A DNA stretch of 36,953 nt, taken from Chlamydiae bacterium RIFCSPHIGHO2_12_FULL_49_11 (GTDB taxonomy: Bacteria; Chlamydiota; Chlamydiia; Chlamydiales; 2-12-FULL-49-11). The translations under genes and the position numbers were made by a program. Within the stretch, counting starts at the first letter, position 1. Every line of letters begins with the position of its first letter. The stretch lies in NCBI GenBank assembly GCA_001794905.1, contig MGLW01000008.1:1-36953 (forward strand), written 5' to 3'. Below the pieces are notes generated by a model. That model was not told where the DNA came from, did no database searches, and saw nothing but the letters and a program-made list of their open reading frames with translations. Positions 9,105 to 16,460 of this stretch are shown piece after piece.

Positions 9105-9428
9105 ATGAAAAGATTGATCATCGACACCTCCTCCCCCCTGTCTGTCGTACATCTCGAAGCGGATGGCCGCGTTTTTACCGTCTCTTCCGAGGGCAAGTCG
9201 TCTGCCCTTCTTCTTCCCCAAATCGAAGAGCTCCTTCATGCCGCCGGGATCGCCCTTGACGACCTCGAAGAAATCATTGCCCACGATGGCCCCGGTTCTT
9301 TTACCGGTGTCCGCACCGGCCTTCTCATCGCACAAACCCTGGCTGCCGTAAAAAAAATTCCTTTTACCTCCCGCTCCCTTTCAAACGAAACGGGAAAATC
9401 TCTGTACAAATTTTCAAATGACGTCTAA
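9105..9428 (+). CDS. tsaB: TsaB/YeaZ-like protein, only the N-terminal ~half (truncated t6A-synthesis partner protein)
   Basis: 107 aa: MKRLIIDTSSPLSVVHLE...LLPQIEELL...LDDLEEIIAHDGPGSFTGVRTGLLIAQTLA matches the N-terminal ASKHA subdomain of TsaB. The ORF stops 40 nt before rpsU, so no room remains for the usual C-terminal ~100 aa. Confidence 0.7.
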   Translation: MKRLIIDTSSPLSVVHLEADGRVFTVSSEGKSSALLLPQIEELLHAAGIALDDLEEIIAHDGPGSFTGVRTGLLIAQTLAAVKKIPFTSRSLSNETGKSLYKFSNDV

Positions 9429-9467
9429 GATGGTAGGGGAAACTTTATCCTACAAAAGAGTAACGGA

Positions 9468-9647
9468 ATGATTACAGTCAAAGTTCGAGTTGGAGAAACC
9501 ATCGAAAAATCGCTGAGGGCCCTCAAGAAAAAACTTGATAAGGAAGGCGTCCTCAAGACCGTGCGCGCCAAGCGCTACTATAATAAACCGTCTGAACGTA
9601 TGAAGATTAAGCAGAAGCAGGCGATGAAATATAGAAAGAAAAAATAA
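9468..9647 (+). CDS. rpsU: 30S ribosomal protein S21
   Basis: 59-aa ORF, below the track cutoff, read by hand: MITVKVRVGETIEKSLRALKKKLDKEGVLKTVRAKRYYNKPSERMKIKQKQAMKYRKKK, stop TAA at 9645-9647. The sequence is classic S21 and it sits between tsaB and dnaJ. Confidence 0.9.
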   Translation: MITVKVRVGETIEKSLRALKKKLDKEGVLKTVRAKRYYNKPSERMKIKQKQAMKYRKKK

Positions 9648-9653
9648 TTTGGT

Positions 9654-10811
9654 ATGGCAGATTATTATAACATCCTTGGTGTCACAAAGGACGCCTCCCC
9701 TGATGAAATCAAGAAAGCCTATCGAAAAAAGGCCTTGAAATACCACCCCGATAAAAATCCGGGGGATTCCTCTGCTGCCCAAAAATTCAAACAGGTATCC
9801 GAAGCATACGAGACTTTATCCGATGAAAACAAACGCCGGATTTATGACCAGTATGGCGAAGAGGGGCTCAAAGGAGCATTCGGAGGGGCAGGAGGAGGAG
9901 GCCAGGGCGGCTTTTCTTCGATGGAAGAGGCACTCCGCACCTTTATGGGTGCTTTTGGAGGCGGATCTGGAGGCGGCGGCAGCGCGATGTTCGAGAGATT
10001 TTTCGGCGGCAGCGGCTTTGAGGGGGACCATTACCCAAGTCAAGGCGCGAGTAAAAAAATCGAGGTGACGATCACCTTTGAAGAAGCGGCTCAAGGGGCC
10101 CAAAAAGAAGTGACGTTGACAAATCTGGTCACTTGTGAGGAATGCCGAGGGAGTGGAGCTCACTCCCCTTCAGATGTCAAAACCTGCCCCACTTGCGCAG
10201 GCCACGGGCAAGTCAACCACACACGCGGCTTTTTTAGTATGACGACGGCATGCCCCCACTGTCACGGAGCGGGGAAAGTGATCAGCAAAATTTGCAATGC
10301 TTGTTCCGGTGCGGGAAAGAAGAAGAAAAAACAACAAGTAAACATCAAGTTTCCGGCCGGGGTCGATAACGGAATGCGTCTCAAAATGGCGGGCTACGGA
10401 GATGCGGGTGAAAACGGCGGACCTCCCGGGGACCTGTTCGTATATGTCAGTGTCCTCCCCCACGAATTTTTTAAACGGGAAGAAGATAACCTCGTCATTG
10501 AACTCCCGATCAGTTTTTCCGACGCTGCCCTCGGCACCAAGAAGGAAATTCCTACCCTCACGGACTCTTCGTTCCGTCTCACCATTCCCGAAGGGATCCA
10601 ATCGGGAAAAATTTTGCGTATCAAAGGAAAAGGTTTTCCCAATGTGCACGGCGGCTCTCCCGGCGATCTACTCATTCGCATCATCGTGGAAACTCCGGTC
10701 AATCTCAACGCAAAACAACACTCCCTCCTTTCCGAACTTGCCAAACTCGAAAGTCTCCAAAATTCGCCGCAAAAAAAATCGTTCCTCGACAAAATCAAAT
10801 CGATTTTCTAA
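9654..10811 (+). CDS. dnaJ: Molecular chaperone DnaJ
   Basis: J domain with HPD (YYNILGV...[10 protein letters not shown]), a Gly/Phe-rich linker, and four CxxCxGxG zinc-finger repeats ([32 protein letters not shown]). Confidence 0.95.
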   Translation: MADYYNILGVTKDASPDEIKKAYRKKALKYHPDKNPGDSSAAQKFKQVSEAYETLSDENKRRIYDQYGEEGLKGAFGGAGGGGQGGFSSMEEALRTFMGAFGGGSGGGGSAMFERFFGGSGFEGDHYPSQGASKKIEVTITFEEAAQGAQKEVTLTNLVTCEECRGSGAHSPSDVKTCPTCAGHGQVNHTRGFFSMTTACPHCHGAGKVISKICNACSGAGKKKKKQQVNIKFPAGVDNGMRLKMAGYGDAGENGGPPGDLFVYVSVLPHEFFKREEDNLVIELPISFSDAALGTKKEIPTLTDSSFRLTIPEGIQSGKILRIKGKGFPNVHGGSPGDLLIRIIVETPVNLNAKQHSLLSELAKLESLQNSPQKKSFLDKIKSIF

Positions 10812-10918
10812 AACTCTTCTTGCGCAATCGGTTTATTTCTGCTAATACAAAAAATTTAGGATAGTCAGTTAGTAATTATTCATGTATGATAGGCGGACTA
10901 ATATAAGGATAACAACAT

Positions 10919-11863
10919 ATGAAGTTTAAATCTGTACTCAGTGCGGTTCTCTTATCTCTTTTCCTGTTTAGTTGCGGCGAAACGGAAACGATCGTGATGG
11001 GGGCCGATGAAAGACAGGCCAATCTCATCATCGTTTTCCTCGACAGCAAAGGTATAGAGGCGCAAAAACAACTGGCTGCATCCACGGGAATCGGCGGCGG
11101 CGAAGCGACGCAGAGAAGATTCAACATCACGGTTGACAAAGCAAAAAGTATTCAAGCCATGGCCATCCTGAACAATTTCGGCCTGCCGCAAAGACAAGGC
11201 ACATCTCTGTTAGAACTTTTTGCGCAACAAGGACTCATGACAACCGACAAGCAAGAAACAATCCGATATCAAGCCGGCCTTGCACAACAAATCACGAACA
11301 TGATCCTGCTCATCGACGGAGTGATCGATGCCACCGTACAGCTCTCCTTCCCCGATACGAGCGGAAACATTGCCGGGGAACAAACTCCGAACCAGAAAAT
11401 TACCGCTTCTGTCTTTGTCAAGCACCAGGGAGTGCTCGACGACCCGAATAGCCACTTGGAGAGTAAAATCAAACGGCTTGTTTCGGGAAGTGTCACGGGC
11501 CTTAACCTCGACGATGTTACCGTTGTCTCCGACAGGTCTCGCTACACCGATATTACAGCTTCCCCCCAACCGCCCGGCGATTCGGCAGCGGGAGTGCAAA
11601 ACCTGGTCAAAATCTGGTCCATCACCATGGACAAAAGTTCCCTCGGAACTTTCCGGTTTTTATTTTTCTTTCTGATTTTCATCGGGGTCTTTTTGGCCTT
11701 GATCCTCGGTTGGATCTTATGGAAGGTATACCCGACCATTAAGGAAAACGGAGGTCTCAGCACCCTCCTCGACCCGCTTCCCTTCCTGAAAAAGAAAAAG
11801 CAGGCAGCGGAAATCCCGGAAGAAACCATCAGTGGCGGCGATGACAATATCACAGAACTCTAA
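10919..11863 (+). CDS. sctJ: Type III secretion inner-membrane ring lipoprotein SctJ (YscJ/CdsJ)
   Basis: Lipobox LFLFSCG. YscJ/FliF-family core is present (ERQANLIIVFLDSKGIEAQK...ILNNFGLPQR...IDGVIDATVQLSFPD). A C-terminal TM follows (FRFLFFFLIFIGVFLALILGWILW). Confidence 0.88.
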   Translation: MKFKSVLSAVLLSLFLFSCGETETIVMGADERQANLIIVFLDSKGIEAQKQLAASTGIGGGEATQRRFNITVDKAKSIQAMAILNNFGLPQRQGTSLLELFAQQGLMTTDKQETIRYQAGLAQQITNMILLIDGVIDATVQLSFPDTSGNIAGEQTPNQKITASVFVKHQGVLDDPNSHLESKIKRLVSGSVTGLNLDDVTVVSDRSRYTDITASPQPPGDSAAGVQNLVKIWSITMDKSSLGTFRFLFFFLIFIGVFLALILGWILWKVYPTIKENGGLSTLLDPLPFLKKKKQAAEIPEETISGGDDNITEL

Positions 11864-12605
11864 CTCCTCGTTTCCGCGCTTTCTCCAATTCCTCATGGAA
11901 GGAGGAGAGCGGCAAGAAAAGCAGTTTGCTTCCGGAATCATTTCGGTTTTCGATTTGATTCGAGGTACCGATTCTTCCTGGTTTGACCCTTTTTTGCGTT
12001 CCCTTAAAAAAGAAGAAAAAGAACTCTATCTTATGGCGATGCAGACCTGCCCTTCACGGGACGATACCCTTACCCACCTTCTCCTATCGGTCATCCATAA
12101 ACGGTGCTTGGACGGCTATGTACCCCTCAGGAAGGATTTTTTTCGAGAAACCCCTCTTTTCTTTTTTCTCGAAGAGGGCGGCGCACCCATCGAGCCCGTT
12201 CTCCGTTTTCTCGGTTTGTTCGACCTTGCCGCTGCCGGTTCCAAAATTGTCGACGGGAAATTGCTCCGACATCTTCTTGAATCTTTGACCGAAGAGGAGC
12301 GCCGGTTTCTTGAAAAAATTTCCAAACGGGGGAACTATTTCACCGTAAAAATAGCTCCTTCCCTCCTGTCAGGCTCCGTTTCCCTGGAGAAAATACTCAT
12401 CGAACACGGTTTTGTGCGGATCAGATCGATCCTCCACAAGCACCACCCCGATCTCGGATTTTATTTGCGCCATGTGATGCACGCAAAATGGGCCTACCTT
12501 TTCGATCTCCGGATCGACCTTCCCCTGATGGAAAAATATGCCGATTCGATAGAAAAACAAATAGAACTTGCTAAAAGTGAGGTCTTATGCACTTATTCTC
12601 ACTGA
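11841..12605 (+). CDS. Hypothetical T3SS-locus protein in the SctK position (between sctJ and sctL)
   Basis: The ORF sits between sctJ and sctL and overlaps both. The track start 11832 is GTG and the first ATG is 11841. No motif is recognisable. The assignment is purely by synteny with other T3SS loci, where sctK lies between J and L. Confidence 0.5.
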   Translation: MTISQNSNSSFPRFLQFLMEGGERQEKQFASGIISVFDLIRGTDSSWFDPFLRSLKKEEKELYLMAMQTCPSRDDTLTHLLLSVIHKRCLDGYVPLRKDFFRETPLFFFLEEGGAPIEPVLRFLGLFDLAAAGSKIVDGKLLRHLLESLTEEERRFLEKISKRGNYFTVKIAPSLLSGSVSLEKILIEHGFVRIRSILHKHHPDLGFYLRHVMHAKWAYLFDLRIDLPLMEKYADSIEKQIELAKSEVLCTYSH

Positions 12606-13207
12606 TCGGAGATAAAAAAGTTGCCCTGGGAAAGGGGAAAGTAATTCCGAAAGAAGATTTCGAAACGGTCGTTTCTACGCATGAAATGGTCGAAGCGGCC
12701 GGCAAAAGCATCGAGGCGGCATGGAAAAAAGCGAAGAAAGAAATCGCCAAGCTCCGCAGCGAAGAAAAACAAAAAGGGTTTGAAGAAGGGCTATCCCAAC
12801 TGTACGAGCATTTTTTGGTCTTCGAACAAGAGTTGAAGGTTCTCCGCCATGAAATCCAGATGCAAATCCTGCCCCTTGTTTTGAAATCGGTCAAAAAAAT
12901 CATCGGTGATGCCTTGGAGGCTCACCCCGAGTTTATCGTCGATGTAGTTTTTCAGTCGATCAAAGGAGCTCTTCAAAGCCGTATTGTAAGAATCTACGTC
13001 AATAAAAAAGATCTTCCCCATATTGAAGCGGCAAAAGAACGAATCCGCGCCCCCTTCGAGCACCTGGAAAATCTCCATTTTGACACACGAGCCGATATCG
13101 AAGAGGGAAGCGCCATTATAGAAACAGAAAAGGGCATTATCAATGCCACCCTGGAAAGCCAATTTAGAGCCTTGGAGAGAGCATTTGAAACTTTCAAAAA
13201 AAGGTAA
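12587..13207 (+). CDS. sctL: Type III secretion stator protein SctL (FliH/YscL family)
   Basis: 206 aa with a charged coiled-coil N-half and a FliH-like C-terminus (RIYVNKKD...DIEEGSAIIETEKGIINATLESQFRALERAF). SD GTGAGG precedes the ATG. Confidence 0.8.
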   Translation: MHLFSLIGDKKVALGKGKVIPKEDFETVVSTHEMVEAAGKSIEAAWKKAKKEIAKLRSEEKQKGFEEGLSQLYEHFLVFEQELKVLRHEIQMQILPLVLKSVKKIIGDALEAHPEFIVDVVFQSIKGALQSRIVRIYVNKKDLPHIEAAKERIRAPFEHLENLHFDTRADIEEGSAIIETEKGIINATLESQFRALERAFETFKKR

Positions 13208-13964
13208 ATTCCTGCGCGCTCTTTCCCGAGGATTCCTCCTGATTCTTCTCGTAGCGCCTTCCTTTGCTTCGTGCCAAACGCCCGCGGTGCAGCAGCCCCC
13301 CCTTGTCTCGAAAGTAGCCATGCTCGCCGCACTGGCACTTCTCCCCTTTGTCGTCATGCTCCTTACTTCATTTCTCAAAATGGTGATCGTCCTCTCTCTG
13401 CTCCGGCAAGCGGTCGGCGTTCAAAACGCGCCCCCCAACCAGGCTTTGAACGGCATAGCACTCCTCATGGCCATTTATGTCATGTTCCCGACGGCTCTTG
13501 CCATGTACAAGGAAACCTCCGGCTATATCAATTCGGTCGCTTCTAAAGACTACCCCCTGTTTTCCACGGTCTCGGCAGAAAATCTGATGACCCTGATCGA
13601 TAAAGGAAAAGAGCCTATGCGCAGTTTCCTTATCCGCAATTCCCTGACAAAACACCGGCAATATTTCTACCAGCTTGCCCGGCAAAAATTTCCGGACGAA
13701 TACAAAGGGGATGTCACAACCAAAGATTTCATCGTCGTCATTCCTGCCTATATCACTTCACAAATCAAAGGGGCATTTGAGATAGGTGTGCTCATCTACC
13801 TGCCTTTTTTCGTCGTCGACCTTGTTACTTCCAATATCCTTCTTGCTATGGGGATGATGATGCTCTCCCCTCTTACCATCGCACTCCCTCTAAAGCTGCT
13901 CCTACTCGTGATGATAGACGGGTGGACGCTCCTCGTAGAAGGTGTCGTACTAACGTACAATTAA
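13185..13964 (+). CDS. sctR: Type III secretion export-gate protein SctR (FliP family)
   Basis: FliP signature LLRQAVGVQNAPPNQALNGIALLMAIYVMFP plus C-terminal helices. The track start is ATG 13143, which overlaps sctL by 65 nt. A TTG at 13185 preceded by GGAGAG gives a clean signal-peptide-like N-terminus (KLSKKGKFLRALSRGFLLILLVAPSFAS). The start is uncertain. Confidence 0.88.
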   Translation: MKLSKKGKFLRALSRGFLLILLVAPSFASCQTPAVQQPPLVSKVAMLAALALLPFVVMLLTSFLKMVIVLSLLRQAVGVQNAPPNQALNGIALLMAIYVMFPTALAMYKETSGYINSVASKDYPLFSTVSAENLMTLIDKGKEPMRSFLIRNSLTKHRQYFYQLARQKFPDEYKGDVTTKDFIVVIPAYITSQIKGAFEIGVLIYLPFFVVDLVTSNILLAMGMMMLSPLTIALPLKLLLLVMIDGWTLLVEGVVLTYN

Positions 13965-13974
13965 CGGGAGGACC

Positions 13975-14244
13975 ATGTTTTCATCCGAAATTTACCAGCT
14001 TGCCTATCAGGCCCTTCTATTGATACTCATCCTCTCCGGTCCCCCGATCGCGATCGGCATGATCTGCGGTCTTTTCGTCGCCATATTTCAGGCAGCCACC
14101 CAAATTCAGGAACAAACCCTTTCCTTTACCGTCAAACTTGTGGCGGTCATTCTCACCATCATGCTGATGGGGGGATTTTTGTCTTCCCAGATACTCCAGT
14201 ATGCGCAAACGATTTTCCAGAATATTGGAAAATGGGGGGGATGA
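13975..14244 (+). CDS. sctS: Type III secretion export-gate protein SctS (FliQ family)
   Basis: 89-aa two-helix hairpin protein with the FliQ-type motif AATQIQEQTLSFTVKL. SD GGGAGGA precedes the ATG. Confidence 0.9.
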   Translation: MFSSEIYQLAYQALLLILILSGPPIAIGMICGLFVAIFQAATQIQEQTLSFTVKLVAVILTIMLMGGFLSSQILQYAQTIFQNIGKWGG

Positions 14245-14248
14245 ACCT

Positions 14249-15073
14249 GTGGACCCGTATCAATTGTTTCTTCTTACGGGCATGGGGGAGATGGAATTTT
14301 CCGACCTCTGGCGGTTTTTTCTCCTTACCTTTATCCGGTTTGCTCCCGTCGTTTTCCTTGCCCCCTTTCTAGGATCCCGCAAGGGTTTTCCCATGACCGC
14401 CCGGGCCGGTATGATACTATGTTTAACTCTCGTGTTTTTGCCGACCATCCTCTACCATTCTCCCACGAAACACATCACCTCTATGATGTTTTACGCCCTC
14501 ACGGCAAAAGAACTCCTCATCGGCTTTTGTCTCGGATTCTTAGCTTCAATCCCCTTTCATATCGCACAATCGGCAGGAATCATCATCGATTACATGCGAG
14601 GCTCATCGATGCTCATGACCCAGGACCCCACCATGGAAATCCAGACCTCTCCGATCGGGGTGCTCTTCAACTACTACCTGATTGCCTTGTTTTACCAGCT
14701 TGACGGCCCCCTTCTTTTTTACGACGCCGTCGAAACTTCCTTTCTCATCCTACCTGTCGCAGAGTTTTCTCCTCTGCACTTTTTTCAGAACCAGACGTTC
14801 TGGGGAGCCATTGTGGGGCTTGCAGGCAAAATATTCGAGGTGTCCATCCAAATAGCCATGCCTGCGATTTTGGGCGTACTCATGGCAGAATCATTTTTGG
14901 GGATTGCGAACCGTTTAGCACCCCAAATTCAGATTGCTTTTCTGGGAATGTCGCTGAAATCCATACTGGGATTACTTTTATTGTGGGCAGGATGGTATTT
15001 GATTATCAAGAACATGTCCTCTTTTTCTCTCGATTGGACAAATTGGATTTTGCAAACAATTCAGACATTTTAA
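14249..15073 (+). CDS. sctT: Type III secretion export-gate protein SctT (FliR family)
   Basis: Polytopic membrane protein directly after sctS with FliR-like helices. The track start ATG 14201 lies inside sctS. A GTG at 14249 sits just after the sctS stop and behind GGGGGGA. ATG 14282 is another option. Confidence 0.85.
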   Translation: MDPYQLFLLTGMGEMEFSDLWRFFLLTFIRFAPVVFLAPFLGSRKGFPMTARAGMILCLTLVFLPTILYHSPTKHITSMMFYALTAKELLIGFCLGFLASIPFHIAQSAGIIIDYMRGSSMLMTQDPTMEIQTSPIGVLFNYYLIALFYQLDGPLLFYDAVETSFLILPVAEFSPLHFFQNQTFWGAIVGLAGKIFEVSIQIAMPAILGVLMAESFLGIANRLAPQIQIAFLGMSLKSILGLLLLWAGWYLIIKNMSSFSLDWTNWILQTIQTF

Positions 15074-15103
15074 TAGTATGAAAAAAAAACATAACAAAAA
15101 CTA

Positions 15104-15132
15104 TTGACAGGATTTTTTTTGAACACTACTCT
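15104..15132 (+). promoter_or_regulatory. Candidate sigma70-type promoter for the porin gene
   Basis: TTGACA at 15104-15109, a 17-nt spacer, then TACTCT at 15127-15132. This lies about 70 nt upstream of the ATG at 15204, in an A/T-homopolymer-rich spacer. It is a pattern match only. Confidence 0.3.
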
Positions 15133-15203
15133 TGTGGTTACTTTTGAAAACAAAAACGTCAAAAAAAATGATATGGAAATATCTAAAAGGGAGAAGTAAG
15201 GGA

Positions 15204-16286
15204 ATGAACAATTACCTTAGAAAATTCATTAGTGTCTGTGGTATGTTTGCTGCTGCAACGGTGTTTGCCGGAAGCAACAACAACCAAGACAGTGACAGCA
15301 ACAACACGGACCAAAGAGCCGGTGTTCCACCTGGAGCATGCCAAATGGGTGAAGATGCGATGAGCGTTTCCATCATGGCTGCATATACTTTGTGGACGGC
15401 TCGTGAAGGCGGTCTCTGTGTCGCATCTACCAACGTGTGGTCCGGCAACACAGCAAACCCCGTCCAAGGGTCGAAAATTTATCCTGCTACCAGACTGAAT
15501 TCCGGTTTTGAAGTAGGATTAGGCGCAAACCTCTATCATGACTGCTGGGATATCCAAGCACGCTATGAGTGGTTCCGAAACAACAATTCAACGCAATCCT
15601 CTGCAACAGTGGCAAGTGGGCAGGCTATAGCAACATGGCCTTTCTACAACGCAACTTCCGTAACTCCCGTGTATGCTCAGCTTAATGCTGTGTCATCCGC
15701 ATGGCGCCTCCAGTTCAACAGAGTGGATGCGAACATGGGACGAAGCTTCTATGCAGGACATTACCTCATGCTCAGACCGTTTATCGGTTTGGTCGGTATG
15801 TGGGATACCCAGCATTTTGACTTCACTTACCAACCCGGCGGCACATACAACCGTGTAGACTACTTCTACAACAAGCAGACTTCATGGGGAGTCGGACCTT
15901 ACGCAGGAACCAACACCAGTTATTTCATCACAAACGACTGGTCAGTATTCCTAAATATGGGTGCGGCGTTGCCATGGTCACAATTCCAGCCAACCAGCCA
16001 AGAGCATACTGTTAGAACATACACTAATGCTACTACTTACCAAACGGTAACTGAGTACTGGACAAGTGATTCTCAATACTATGTAGAGCCGATGATCGAA
16101 ATGATGCTCGGACTTGCATGGGATTCAATGTGGAGTGACAATACTTGGGGTCTAAGGATTGCCGCTGCATGGGAAGAACAAATTTGGTTCTCTCATAACC
16201 ATATGCAACCACCAACAATGGGCTCAGCAGGCTACGGAGACCTTTCTCTCCAAGGCTTTACGCTCACCGTTACAGTTAGCTTCTAA
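15204..16286 (+). CDS. Putative outer-membrane beta-barrel porin (MOMP-like in role; family not assignable by eye)
   Basis: The likely start is the internal ATG 15204, behind AGGGAG/AAGGGA. The signal peptide is MNNYLRKFISVCGMFAAATVFAGS. The sequence is rich in W, Y, N, T and G with alternating amphipathic stretches. The C-terminus ends ...LTVTVSF, with the terminal Phe typical of OMPs. A strong terminator follows. Confidence 0.7.
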   Translation: MNNYLRKFISVCGMFAAATVFAGSNNNQDSDSNNTDQRAGVPPGACQMGEDAMSVSIMAAYTLWTAREGGLCVASTNVWSGNTANPVQGSKIYPATRLNSGFEVGLGANLYHDCWDIQARYEWFRNNNSTQSSATVASGQAIATWPFYNATSVTPVYAQLNAVSSAWRLQFNRVDANMGRSFYAGHYLMLRPFIGLVGMWDTQHFDFTYQPGGTYNRVDYFYNKQTSWGVGPYAGTNTSYFITNDWSVFLNMGAALPWSQFQPTSQEHTVRTYTNATTYQTVTEYWTSDSQYYVEPMIEMMLGLAWDSMWSDNTWGLRIAAAWEEQIWFSHNHMQPPTMGSAGYGDLSLQGFTLTVTVSF

Positions 16287-16310
16287 TCAAGCCATCTGAA
16301 ATTCATAATG

Positions 16311-16346
16311 AAGGCCGGGAATCAACTTCCCGGCCTTTCTTTTTTG
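16311..16346 (+). terminator. Rho-independent terminator after the porin gene
   Basis: Perfect 10-bp stem AAGGCCGGGA (16311-16320) / TCCCGGCCTT (16328-16337) with a 7-nt loop, followed by TCTTTTTTG. Confidence 0.85.
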
Positions 16347-16460
16347 TCTCCGCACGATAGCAGAAACACAATAGACTTCTTTCGAAACTTAAAGGGGATT
16401 AAACACAAAGACACGAAGAAATCTACAGGATGCTATTTATGACTCGTGAAACACCATCAT

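Noticed and set aside
9880-10020. GGAGG/GGCGG-rich repetitive stretch
   Set aside because: It encodes the normal Gly/Phe-rich linker of DnaJ and is not an independent repeat element.
12791-13378. 195-aa minus-strand ORF across the sctL/sctR junction
   Set aside because: It is antisense to two recognisable T3SS genes and is probably spurious.
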